A stretch of DNA of 64,000 bases, taken from Solirubrobacteraceae bacterium. GTDB taxonomy: Bacteria > Actinomycetota > Thermoleophilia > Solirubrobacterales > Solirubrobacteraceae. The position numbers and the translations under genes were made by a program. The notes beneath the pieces are model-generated. The model was given only the letters and a program-made list of their open reading frames with translations, ran no database searches and was not told the origin of the DNA. Below, one piece after another: positions 19,670-29,782 of this stretch (within the stretch, counting starts at the first letter, position 1; every line of letters begins with the position of its first letter). Where the stretch lies: positions 4,610-68,609 of the forward strand of contig DATJXX010000004.1 in the NCBI GenBank assembly GCA_035499875.1, written 5' to 3'.

Positions 19670-20308
19670 ATGACGCTTCCCGCGCCCACATACGACCTCG
19701 TTCTGCTGCTCGACGCCCAGGCGGAGGACGCCACACGGGCGAAGATCCTCGCCGACGCACGCGCCTCGATCCAGGCCCGCGGCGAGATCGTGCGCGACGA
19801 CGACTGGGGGGAGCGCCCGCTCGCCTACCCGATCGCGCGACGCAAGAGCGCCGACTACCACCTGATCCAGTTCCACGTGTCCGACAAGGCGCTGCTCGAG
19901 GGGCTCGACCGGACGCTGCGGATCACCGACGGGGTGGTGCGTTTCCGGCTAATCAAGCTGCGCCCCGGCACCCCCAACCCGCCCGACATGCGCAGCACCG
20001 CGGCCCCCGTCCGCCGCGAGGAGGGCGAGGGCATCCCGGCGACAGAGGGCGAGCCCGCCGGGGAGCGCGCCGAGGCCGCCCCGCCGGCCGAGGCAACGGC
20101 GACATCCCCGGAGGCCGAGGCGGCGCCGGCGCCGGCCGCGGCTCCGCCGGTGGAGACTCCCGCCGCCGAGACGGCCGCGCCCGAGGCGACAGCGCCCGAC
20201 GCGGCCGCCCCCGCCGCAACCGAGCCGGCGCCCGACGGCGCCGAGCAGCCGCCCGCCGAGAGCGCACAGCCCGAGCCCGCTTCGGGCGACGCTCCCGCGG
20301 CCGAGTAA
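19670..20308 (+). CDS. rpsF: 30S ribosomal protein S6 with long Ala/Pro/Glu tail
   Basis: YDLVLLLD, WGERPLAYPI, LDRTLRITDGVVRF. Confidence 0.92.
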   Translation: MTLPAPTYDLVLLLDAQAEDATRAKILADARASIQARGEIVRDDDWGERPLAYPIARRKSADYHLIQFHVSDKALLEGLDRTLRITDGVVRFRLIKLRPGTPNPPDMRSTAAPVRREEGEGIPATEGEPAGERAEAAPPAEATATSPEAEAAPAPAAAPPVETPAAETAAPEATAPDAAAPAATEPAPDGAEQPPAESAQPEPASGDAPAAE

Positions 20309-20435
20309 ACATCCGCCGAGGACGCAGGGGCCCCGAGGGGTCCGAGCCTAGGCTGCTAGTGCGCGCACCGCGCTTCCCCTACCGGCGGGGCTGCCGGACA
20401 CGGAGGGCCGACCCCTGAGGAGCAGACATCGGTTC

Positions 20436-21161
20436 GTGCAGGTATTCGTGGGGCTTGCGGCCGGGGCGGTCGCGGGCGCGCTCATGGTGGCCCTGGCCGC
20501 CACCGCGCAGGCGGCCGTGCGACTGGTGGAAACCGGGCCGTACAACTGCGGTGGGCTCGAAGAACCGGCGGAATGCCAGGTGCAGCTCGTCGGTGGCCCG
20601 TTCGCGTCGTTCGACGCGTCCGACGCCCCCGCCTCGCATGCGACCGTGACCCTCGCCGGCGTGACCACTGCGACCGCCTACCGCACGGTGATCCGCAAGA
20701 TCGAAAAGGCGCAGCAAGCGGGCCGCGCCGTGGTCGTGGAGCCCGCCGGCCCCACCAACGAGGAGGCGGAGCTCGCACTCGCGACCGTGCTGCTCACCGA
20801 CGCCGGGGAAGTGTTCGTCGACGAGGCCCCCGACCCGACGTTCGGCGGCTGGTATGTGGATCCGGAATACACCGCCCAGGGCGTGCGCAAGGACTCGTGG
20901 GGCGTGTGGGCCCGCAGCTTCAGCACGACGTGGGTGGCGGTGGTGCTGCCCGGAGGTGGATCCAAGACCGTCGTGTTCCCGGTCCGCGTGCGCCGCACCA
21001 ACCAGCAGCAGAAAGCCAAGAGCTGGACGATCGGCAGCGGCGAAGGATTCGTGGCGAGCTGCGAACCGGTCGAATCGGTGGGGCGGGCGGACTGCCCCGG
21101 GTACTACGGCCCGGAAGCGGAAGTGGTTCCCCAGCCGCTCAATCCGTGGCCGTTCCTGTGA
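20436..21161 (+). CDS. Hypothetical secreted protein
   Basis: GAGGAG upstream; signal peptide ending AQA; two Cys pairs; no family firmly recognised. Confidence 0.65.
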   Translation: MQVFVGLAAGAVAGALMVALAATAQAAVRLVETGPYNCGGLEEPAECQVQLVGGPFASFDASDAPASHATVTLAGVTTATAYRTVIRKIEKAQQAGRAVVVEPAGPTNEEAELALATVLLTDAGEVFVDEAPDPTFGGWYVDPEYTAQGVRKDSWGVWARSFSTTWVAVVLPGGGSKTVVFPVRVRRTNQQQKAKSWTIGSGEGFVASCEPVESVGRADCPGYYGPEAEVVPQPLNPWPFL

Positions 21162-21265
21162 TCAGCGCCGAGCCTCATCCCGCCGCGAGCGCGTCCTAGA
21201 CGGGGGATTTTCCCGGTCGTTGCGGGGTGGTGCGGGCCGGCGCCCGCGAGCTAAGATCGTTCTCC

Positions 21266-21925
21266 ATGCGCTGGGCCGACGTCGAGGACATGAGCGACTC
21301 AGGCACGACCCGCACGGACGTGCTGCGCGCCTCACCGCCGATGTTCGAGTCGCGGACGCTGGACGCCCTCACCCGCGTGCACCCCGTCGTGCCGCTGATC
21401 ATCTTCATCCCCGCGATCGTCGCGATGGTGATCTGGGGTCTCTCGGAAACGAGCGTGGCCGTGATGATCGGGCTGATCGTCGGCGGGTACGCGCTGTGGA
21501 CGCTGTTCGAGTACTGGCTGCACCGGCTGGTGTTCCACTTCGAGCCCGACCACGGCATCGGGGCGCGCCTGCACTGGATCATCCACGGCGTCCACCACGA
21601 CCACCCCAACGACCCGCTTCGCCTGGTGATGCCCCCGTCGGTCAGCGTCCCCCTGGCGCTCGCGGTGTTCGCCGTCATGTACCTGATCGCCGGCTCCACC
21701 TACGCGCCGGGTCTGGCGGCCGGCTTCTTCACCGGTTACCTGGTGTACGACATGACCCACTACTACCTGCACCACTTCCGCCCCCGCGGACGGCTCGGGC
21801 GGATGCTGCGCGAGCGGCACATGCGCCACCACTTCCAGGACGACACCCGCGGCTTCGGCATCAGTGCGCCGTACTGGGACGAGGTCTTCAAAACCTCGCC
21901 GCAGGCCAAGCGCACCTCGGATTGA
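21266..21925 (+). CDS. Fatty acid hydroxylase (FA2H/Scs7-like sterol-desaturase superfamily)
   Basis: His boxes EYWLHRLVFH, HGVHHDHP, YDMTHYYLHH, HMRHHF; RLVMPP; GFGIS..WD.VF. Confidence 0.9.
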   Translation: MRWADVEDMSDSGTTRTDVLRASPPMFESRTLDALTRVHPVVPLIIFIPAIVAMVIWGLSETSVAVMIGLIVGGYALWTLFEYWLHRLVFHFEPDHGIGARLHWIIHGVHHDHPNDPLRLVMPPSVSVPLALAVFAVMYLIAGSTYAPGLAAGFFTGYLVYDMTHYYLHHFRPRGRLGRMLRERHMRHHFQDDTRGFGISAPYWDEVFKTSPQAKRTSD

Positions 21926-22019
21926 CCGCGTTTTCCCGGGCCGGTGCCCGGCGGAGGCCGCTCCCGGCGGCTCTAGACTCCGGAGCGGCCCTGCAACGAA
22001 CTGAAAGGAACGAGCACCC

Positions 22020-22490
22020 GTGGCCGCCACCAACATCAACCGCGTCGTCCTGACGGGCAACCTGACGGCCGACCCCGAGCTGCGCTCGCTCCCGAGCGGC
22101 ACGTCGGTGTGCAGCCTGAGAGTCGCCTGCAACACCCGCCGCAAGAACGCCGGCACCGGCGAATGGGAGGACAAGCCGAACTACTTCAACATCACCGTGT
22201 GGGGGGCGCAGGGCGAGAACGCCGCCCGCTACCTGGCCAAGGGCCGCCCCGTGGCGATCGACGGACGCCTCGAGTGGCGCGAGTGGGAGGCCCAGGACGG
22301 CAGCAAACGCCAGGCGGTGGATATCATTGCCGACTCGGTGCAGTTCCTCGGCTCCCGCGACGAGGCCGTCGCCGGAGGCGGGTTCGCTCCGGGCAACGCC
22401 GGCTCCGGCGGGGAGGTTCCCGTCGAGGAGGGCGACTTCCAGCCCGCACCGGTTGCCGGCTCGACCGGCGACGACGACATTCCCTTCTAG
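22020..22490 (+). CDS. ssb: Single-stranded DNA-binding protein
   Basis: INRVVLTGNLTADPELR; C-terminal DDDIPF. Confidence 0.98.
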   Translation: MAATNINRVVLTGNLTADPELRSLPSGTSVCSLRVACNTRRKNAGTGEWEDKPNYFNITVWGAQGENAARYLAKGRPVAIDGRLEWREWEAQDGSKRQAVDIIADSVQFLGSRDEAVAGGGFAPGNAGSGGEVPVEEGDFQPAPVAGSTGDDDIPF

Positions 22491-22612
22491 CCGAACGGAC
22501 ACGCCCAAGCACATGACCCCCAGCCCCGCCGAGACCACCCGGCCCCGCCCGCTGAGCGCCCCTGGCACCTCGGCGGGCGAGGCGACGACCGCCTCCCGGG
22601 GAGGCTGCTGAG

Positions 22613-22939
22613 ATGGCCAAGGCACGCGGACGGGGCAAGCCCCTGCGCCGGCGCGACAGGCGCGGGGGTCCGGGCAGCGGGCGGCGCAAGCCGTGCCAGT
22701 TCTGCCGCGACAAGGTGGACCAGGTCGACTACAAGGACGTCGGGTCGCTGCGCCGCTTCATCTCCGAGAAGGGTAAGATCCGCTCGCGACGCATCACCGG
22801 CTCCTGCCGCCGCCACCAGGTGCAGATCGCCCGCGCCGTCAAGCGTGCCCGGGAGCTCGCCCTGCTGCCCTACGTCAACGAGGGCGGCCGCGACGACAAC
22901 CCCCGCGGCGGCCGTGGTCGCGACCGCGACCGCGACTGA
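22613..22939 (+). CDS. rpsR: 30S ribosomal protein S18 (Zn-binding form)
   Basis: CQFC, VDYKD, GKIRSRRITGSCRRHQ, ARELALLPY. Confidence 0.97.
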   Translation: MAKARGRGKPLRRRDRRGGPGSGRRKPCQFCRDKVDQVDYKDVGSLRRFISEKGKIRSRRITGSCRRHQVQIARAVKRARELALLPYVNEGGRDDNPRGGRGRDRDRD

Positions 22940-22952
22940 GAGCCACACGGCC

Positions 22953-23405
22953 GTGCCCGAGGCGATACTGCTGCAGGACGTCGAGTCGCTCGGCGAGCAG
23001 GGCAGCGTCGTGGACGTGTCCAAGGGCTACCTGCGCAACTACCTGATCCCGCGCAAGCTCGCCCAGCCCGCCACCAAGGGGGCGGTCGAGACCGTGCGCC
23101 AGCGCCAGGCCGCCGCCGAGCGGGCCGCCCGCGAGGCCGTCGAGCGCGCCCAGGAGAACGTCAACCTGCTCAACCGCACGGTGCTCACGATCCCCCAGCA
23201 GGCCGGCGCCGACGGGCGCCTGTTCGGGTCCGTGACCGCCCAGGACATCGCCGTGGCGATCCGCGAAGCCCGCGGGCTGCGGGTCGACAAACGCGACGTC
23301 CACCTCCCGGAGCCGATCAAGAACGTCGGCACCTACATGGTCGTCGTGGAGGTCGCCGACGGCGCGACCGCCACGATCAAGACCATGATCGTGGCCAAGA
23401 ACTAG
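22953..23405 (+). CDS. rplI: 50S ribosomal protein L9
   Basis: ILLQDVESLG, GYLRNYLIP, GRLFGSVT, PIKNVG. Confidence 0.97.
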   Translation: MPEAILLQDVESLGEQGSVVDVSKGYLRNYLIPRKLAQPATKGAVETVRQRQAAAERAAREAVERAQENVNLLNRTVLTIPQQAGADGRLFGSVTAQDIAVAIREARGLRVDKRDVHLPEPIKNVGTYMVVVEVADGATATIKTMIVAKN

Positions 23406-23462
23406 CACCCTCCCCGCCGCCCGCGGCGCGCACGAGCGGTTGCATCCCGTCCGCGGTCGCGG

Positions 23463-23476
23463 CGAACATCAGTTCG
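23463..23476. promoter_or_regulatory. LexA SOS box (Gram-positive type) upstream of dnaB
   Basis: CGAAC-atca-GTTCG, a perfect CGAAC-N4-GTTCG, intergenic, about 60 bp before the dnaB start. Confidence 0.75.
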
Positions 23477-23538
23477 TGCCGTCGCGATCCGTGTTCCGCC
23501 CCAGCGAATTCTTCTCCAGATAGCGAAGGCACCCCGAG

Positions 23539-24975
23539 ATGGCCCTCGAGCAGCTATCTACACTCGCCCCAGACATGGCCTCCAGCGCCGTCTCCCACGC
23601 CAACGGCAACTCCGGCGCGGCCACTTCGGCCGCCCTCACACCGCCCCACAACCTCGAGGCGGAGCAGTCGGTGCTGGGGGCGATCCTGCTCTCGGACCGC
23701 TCCCTGTACGCGCTCGTGATCGAAGAGGGGCTACGGGCGGAGGACTTCTACCGCGAGCGACACGGGCTCGTGTACCAGGCGATGCTCGACCTGTACGAGG
23801 CCAGCGAGCCGGTGGACGTGCTGACCGTTACCGACCGCCTGCGCCAGACGGGGCGCCTGGAGGAGGTCGGAGGGCCGGGCACCGTGGACGAGCTCACGGG
23901 CCTCGTGCCGGCGGCGGGGCACGCGCGACGCTACGCGCAGATCGTGCGGGAGATGGCGCTGCTGCGGCGGCTGCTGAAGGGCGCCTACGAAATCCAGGAG
24001 AGCGTGATCGGCCACTCCGGCGCCCCCCGGGACCTGGTCGAGCAAGCCGAGAAGACGATGCTCGAGGTCGCCCGCGACGACCGCCAGAAGGACTTCCGCA
24101 AGATCGAGGACGTGCTCCACGAGGAGCTCGACAAGCTCCACCGCCTGTCGATCGAAGGGACCACGCTGACCGGCACCCCCTCGGGCTTCAAGGACCTCGA
24201 CGAGATCACCGGGGGCTTCCAGCCCGGCAACCTGATCATCGTGGCGGCCCGCCCTGCGATGGGCAAGAGCGCGCTCGTGTGCAACATCGCCGAGAACGCC
24301 GCCCTCAAGCACGGCCGCGCCGTGGCGCTGTTCTCCCTCGAGATGGCGGAGGCGGAGCTCGCCCAGCGCTTCGTCGCCTCGCAGGCCCGCATCAAAGGCG
24401 AGGAGCTACGCAAGGGACGGGTACCGGAGCAGCGCTGGCCGAAGATCCTCGAGGCCTCCCAGAAGCTCTCCAACTCGCCCCTGTGGGTTGACGACTCCAG
24501 CGACGTGGGAATGCTCGAGATCCGCGCCAAGGCCCGGCGGCTGCACAACCAGTGCGAGGGAGGCCTGGGGCTGATCATCGTCGACTACCTGCAGCTGATG
24601 CGCACCGACAGCCGCTACGACAGCCGCGTGACGGCCGTCGGCGAGCTCAGCCGGGGACTGAAGATCCTCGCGCGCGAGCTGAACGTGCCGGTGATCGCGC
24701 TGTCGCAGCTGAGCCGCGCGGTGGAGCAGCGCCCGGGCGACAAGATCCCGCTGCTGTCGGACCTGCGCGAGAGCGGCAACCTCGAGCAGGACTCCGACCT
24801 CGTGGTGTTCATCTACCGCGACGAGTACTACAAGAAGGAGGAGTCCGAGCGCCCCGGCGAGGCCGACCTGATCATCGCCAAGCACCGCAACGGGGCCGTC
24901 GGCAAGGTCACGCTCACCTTCCAGCCGGAGTACCCGCGGTTCATGAACTACGCCGGCCAGCGCTTCAGCGAGTGA
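23539..24975 (+). CDS. dnaB: Replicative DNA helicase
   Basis: PPHNLEAEQSVLG, AARPAMGKS, FSLEM, IVDYLQLM, LSQLSR, SDLRESG; no intein. Confidence 0.98.
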   Translation: MALEQLSTLAPDMASSAVSHANGNSGAATSAALTPPHNLEAEQSVLGAILLSDRSLYALVIEEGLRAEDFYRERHGLVYQAMLDLYEASEPVDVLTVTDRLRQTGRLEEVGGPGTVDELTGLVPAAGHARRYAQIVREMALLRRLLKGAYEIQESVIGHSGAPRDLVEQAEKTMLEVARDDRQKDFRKIEDVLHEELDKLHRLSIEGTTLTGTPSGFKDLDEITGGFQPGNLIIVAARPAMGKSALVCNIAENAALKHGRAVALFSLEMAEAELAQRFVASQARIKGEELRKGRVPEQRWPKILEASQKLSNSPLWVDDSSDVGMLEIRAKARRLHNQCEGGLGLIIVDYLQLMRTDSRYDSRVTAVGELSRGLKILARELNVPVIALSQLSRAVEQRPGDKIPLLSDLRESGNLEQDSDLVVFIYRDEYYKKEESERPGEADLIIAKHRNGAVGKVTLTFQPEYPRFMNYAGQRFSE

Positions 24976-25748
24976 GCCCGGGGACGTCCACCCAACCGGG
25001 CGGCACGCCGCGCTGCCCACTCGGGATCTGCGACGGGAGCGGCTTCGTGATCGAGGCCGACGGGGACACCGCCCGCGACTGCGAGTGCCGCGCATCGCGC
25101 ATCGCGGGCATCCGCATCCGCAGCCTGGCGGGACGGATCCCGCGCCGCTACGTTGGCGTGTCCTTCGACCGCCCCCCTGTGAGCGACATCGCCCGCGTCG
25201 CGCCCGAGCAGGTGCGGGCCGTACGCCGCTACGTCGCCGACCTCGACCAGAACCTCGATCGTGGCAGCGGGCTGTGGCTCCATGGAGACGTGGGCACGGG
25301 CAAGACCACGCTCGCGATGCTGATCTCCAAAACCGCCCTCGACGCCGGGCGCACGGTCGCGATCTACTCCCTGCCCCGGCTCTTGAGCCTGCTGCGGGAG
25401 TCGATGGATAGCGAGGCGGGACTGGTGGAGTTCCTCGACCGGCTCGCCGCCGTGGACCTGTTGCACATCGACGACCTCGGCGCGGAGAACCGCACCGACT
25501 GGGTGCTCGAGCAGCTGTACTCGATCGTCAATGCCCGCTACGAGGCCCAGCGGGCGATCGTGGCGACCACCAACCTGATGCCCGACGCACTCGCCGAGCA
25601 CCTCGGCCCACGCACCGTCTCGCGACTCTCCGAGATCTGCGGGACCTTGATTCCGCTGTACGGGTGCGACAGGCGCCTCGAGTTCCGACCCGAGTTCCCC
25701 GAGCAGCCCGAGCACGCGCTGCTGGGCGAGCCCGCCGAGCGGCCCTAG
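24972..25748 (+). CDS. DnaC/DnaI/IstB-like AAA+ ATPase with N-terminal Cys cluster (putative helicase loader)
   Basis: CPLGICDG..CEC; GDVGTGKT; IDDLGAE; TTNL; SRL; GTGA overlap with dnaB. Confidence 0.85.
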   Translation: MSPGTSTQPGGTPRCPLGICDGSGFVIEADGDTARDCECRASRIAGIRIRSLAGRIPRRYVGVSFDRPPVSDIARVAPEQVRAVRRYVADLDQNLDRGSGLWLHGDVGTGKTTLAMLISKTALDAGRTVAIYSLPRLLSLLRESMDSEAGLVEFLDRLAAVDLLHIDDLGAENRTDWVLEQLYSIVNARYEAQRAIVATTNLMPDALAEHLGPRTVSRLSEICGTLIPLYGCDRRLEFRPEFPEQPEHALLGEPAERP

Positions 25749-25756
25749 ACTCCTGA

Positions 25757-27085
<1,329 letters not shown>

Positions 27086-27171
27086 CACGGAACATCCGGC
27101 CGGCCCTCTGACCCGACTCCCGGCCACTTCTTAGCATCCATAAAGGTCCGTAGCCGATGCTCGAGTCCGCC

Positions 27172-28071
27172 ATGGCCCGCGAATCCGAGACCGTCCCCCG
27201 GCTTCGCCGGCTGCGCCGCTGGGCACTCGGGGGAACCACGCTCGTCGCGACCCTCGCGCTGGCCGCGGCGCCCGCGGGCGCCAGCACGCTGAGCAGCAAC
27301 TGGGCGGGCTGGGTTGCGCTGGGCTCGTCCTCCTCGCACACCACCTTCAGCAGCGTGTCGGGTGTGTGGCGGGTGCCGAAGGTCTCGTGCACCTCCGGCC
27401 AGACCACCTACTCGGCCGCCTGGGTGGGCCTCGGCGGCTACGCCCAGGACAGCAACGCGCTCGAGCAGGTGGGTGTCGACGCAGACTGCCCGCGCCGGGG
27501 AGGACCCCACTACGACAGCTGGTACGAGCTGATCCCGGCCGCTCCGGTGAGCATCGGCGTCGCCGTCCACGCCGGAGACGAGATGGCCGGCTCGGTGACC
27601 GTGCACGGCACCCACGTGACGCTGCGGCTGCGCAACCTCACCACCGGCGCCCGCTACTCCACCACCCGCCACGCGTCCCAGATCGACGTGAGCTCGGCCG
27701 ACTGGATCCTCGAGGCCCCCTCCAGCTGCACGGCCGGTGGCTGCCAGACGCTGCCGCTGGCCGACTTCGGGAGCGTGTCCTTCTCGGCCGCCACCGCCAC
27801 CAGCAACGGCCGCACCGCCCCGGTGCAGGACCCCCGCTGGGCGGCGCAGGAGATCGAACTGCGCCAGGGCGCCCGCCCGGGCACCGCCCGCTTCGCCAAC
27901 GGCCACGTGCTGCCCGCCAACGAGGTGATCGCGACGGCCTCCGCCGCGAGTGGCCCGCTGGGCGCATTCTCGGTGGACTGGAGCGAACGCCAGACGCTCG
28001 AGGAAGGCTCCCGGCCGCGGCACTTCGGGGAAGCGGTGCCGTTCGGCGAAGGCTCCTCCGCGGGCTCCTGA
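27172..28071 (+). CDS. Secreted G1 (eqolisin) glutamic peptidase
   Basis: SSNWAG, AWVGLGG, LEQVG (catalytic Gln), SADWILE (catalytic Glu); signal peptide. Confidence 0.88.
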   Translation: MARESETVPRLRRLRRWALGGTTLVATLALAAAPAGASTLSSNWAGWVALGSSSSHTTFSSVSGVWRVPKVSCTSGQTTYSAAWVGLGGYAQDSNALEQVGVDADCPRRGGPHYDSWYELIPAAPVSIGVAVHAGDEMAGSVTVHGTHVTLRLRNLTTGARYSTTRHASQIDVSSADWILEAPSSCTAGGCQTLPLADFGSVSFSAATATSNGRTAPVQDPRWAAQEIELRQGARPGTARFANGHVLPANEVIATASAASGPLGAFSVDWSERQTLEEGSRPRHFGEAVPFGEGSSAGS

Positions 28072-28115
28072 TACGAACGTCTGCCGCGCCCGGCGGGGGC
28101 GCTAGCGTTGGGGCG

Positions 28116-29087
28116 ATGAGGACCTGGCACACCGCGTGCCTGGCGGCGATGCTGGCGGTGCTGGCGCTGGCGGCCGCCGGGGCGAGCGCCGCCTCCCACC
28201 ATACGCGCCGGCACGCCCGCCCGCAGGGGGCAGGGCCGCCGGAAGAATTCGGCTGCCCGATCCTGCCCGCCGCAGACCCGCTCAACCAGGAAGTGGCGTC
28301 CCTGCCCGCGAGCCCGCAGTCCGAGAGCTACGTCGCCAGCATCGGCCTGACCGCCCACCTGCACCCCGACTTCGGCACCAACCCCTCCTACGGCATCCCC
28401 TACACGGTCGTAGGCGCCGGCCAGGCGAAGGTCCCGATCAAGTTCAACAAATACGGCTCCGAATCGGACCCGGGGCCATACCCGATCCCCGCGAACGCGC
28501 CGATCGAGGGTGGCGGCAAGAATGGCCACGGTGACCGTCACGTGCTCGTCGCCCAGGAAGGGAGCTGCACGCTGTACGAGCTGTACCTCGCCCACCGCAA
28601 GCGCAAAGGCAAGAGCTGGACGGCCGGATCGGGTGCCGTGTTCAACCTCCGCAGCAGCGCCCTGCGCCCTGAAGGGTGGACCTCCGCCGACGCCGCCGGA
28701 CTGCCGATCTTCCCGCTGCTGGCGCGTTACCCCGAGGTTGCGGGCGGGCAGATCGACCACGCCCTGCGGGTCACGGTCCCCCAGAGCCAGCGGGGCTACA
28801 TACACCCGGCCGTCCACTTCGCGTCCTCGAGGACCAACCCGGCGCTGCCGCCGATGGGCCTGCGGCTGCGCCTGAAGGCGGGCTACAGCCTGTCGGGCTT
28901 CCACGGCCAGTCGCTGGTGATCCTCGAAGCACTCAAGCGCTTCGGATTGATCGTTGCGGACAACGGCTCGCCGTGGTTCATCACGGGCGCACCCAACCCG
29001 GGGTGGAACGACGAAGACCTCGAACAGATCAAGCGGGTCCCGGGGTCGGAATTCGAAGCCGTCGAAACCGGGCCGATCATCCACTGA
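28116..29087 (+). CDS. Conserved hypothetical secreted protein
   Basis: Signal peptide; LHPDFG, ESDPGPYPIP, GDRHVLV, WTSADAAGLP, IDHALR, ADNGS. Confidence 0.8.
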   Translation: MRTWHTACLAAMLAVLALAAAGASAASHHTRRHARPQGAGPPEEFGCPILPAADPLNQEVASLPASPQSESYVASIGLTAHLHPDFGTNPSYGIPYTVVGAGQAKVPIKFNKYGSESDPGPYPIPANAPIEGGGKNGHGDRHVLVAQEGSCTLYELYLAHRKRKGKSWTAGSGAVFNLRSSALRPEGWTSADAAGLPIFPLLARYPEVAGGQIDHALRVTVPQSQRGYIHPAVHFASSRTNPALPPMGLRLRLKAGYSLSGFHGQSLVILEALKRFGLIVADNGSPWFITGAPNPGWNDEDLEQIKRVPGSEFEAVETGPIIH

Positions 29088-29149
29088 GCCGTTCGGCGGG
29101 CGGCGTTCACGGGCGAGGGCGGCGCCGACACAGGCGGTAGCGGGCGCTG

Positions 29150-29231
29150 GTGGCGGCCCGCGGCGCAGGCGGCCGTGGCGGCCCGCGGCGCAAGCGGCGG
29201 TGGCGGCCCGCGGCGCAAGCGGCCGTGGCGG
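29150..29231. repeat. 25-bp intergenic tandem repeat, about 3.3 copies
   Basis: gtggcggcccgcggcgcaagcggcc at 29150, 29175, 29200 and partially 29225. Confidence 0.85.
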
Positions 29232-29302
29232 GCGGCGGCCCGCCGCTGGTAGGCTCGCGGCCGTCGCAGCCAGGCTCGATGTCGACCACGAGGAGAATCG
29301 CA

Positions 29303-29590
29303 ATGGCGATTGCCGTGTACTTCCACCCCAAGGGGATGTCCCTCAGCGCCTTCGAAGACATTCACCGGCGGCTCGAAGCGGCCGGCGCCGAGCCGGCGCC
29401 GGGGAGGCTCCACCATTCGTGCTTCGGAGAGGACGGGAGCCTGATGGTCTATGACGTGTGGGAGTCCCCGGAGGCGTTCGAGGCGTTCGGAGCCCAGTTG
29501 ATGCCGATCCTCGCTGAGGTCGGCGTGGACCCGGGGGAGCCCGCCATCATGCCCGTCCACCGCCTCGACCAGGCCGCCGCCCGGAGCTGA
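29303..29590 (+). CDS. Small dimeric alpha-beta barrel (ABM-like) protein
   Basis: AGGAGA RBS; VYDVWESPEAFEAF. Confidence 0.75.
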   Translation: MAIAVYFHPKGMSLSAFEDIHRRLEAAGAEPAPGRLHHSCFGEDGSLMVYDVWESPEAFEAFGAQLMPILAEVGVDPGEPAIMPVHRLDQAAARS

Positions 29591-29680
29591 CCTCACCGAA
29601 TCGCCCCGCGCCGACGCGGCGCGGTACTCCCACGCTCGGCGCACGGCTCCAGCGGCCCTGTTACGGCGCCGTGGCGCGGT

Positions 29681-29711
29681 ATTGACTTCCCGTATCGCCG
29701 CCGGTTAGCGT
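29681..29711 (+). promoter_or_regulatory. Putative housekeeping sigma promoter
   Basis: TTGACT-N18-TAGCGT upstream of the FN3-repeat gene. Confidence 0.45.
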
Positions 29712-29782
29712 TCGGGCACGTCCGCGGCCGCCGTGCCCGGCGGCTCGCGGTGAACGAGGAGGGCAACCGGGGAGGTACGGTC

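Noticed and set aside
24972-25748. IS21 element (IstB)
   Set aside because: No IstA transposase or terminal repeats; the gene is embedded between dnaB and purA
29150-29231. 25-bp repeats (also 58450-58558) as a CRISPR array
   Set aside because: Head-to-tail with no unique spacers, and no cas genes
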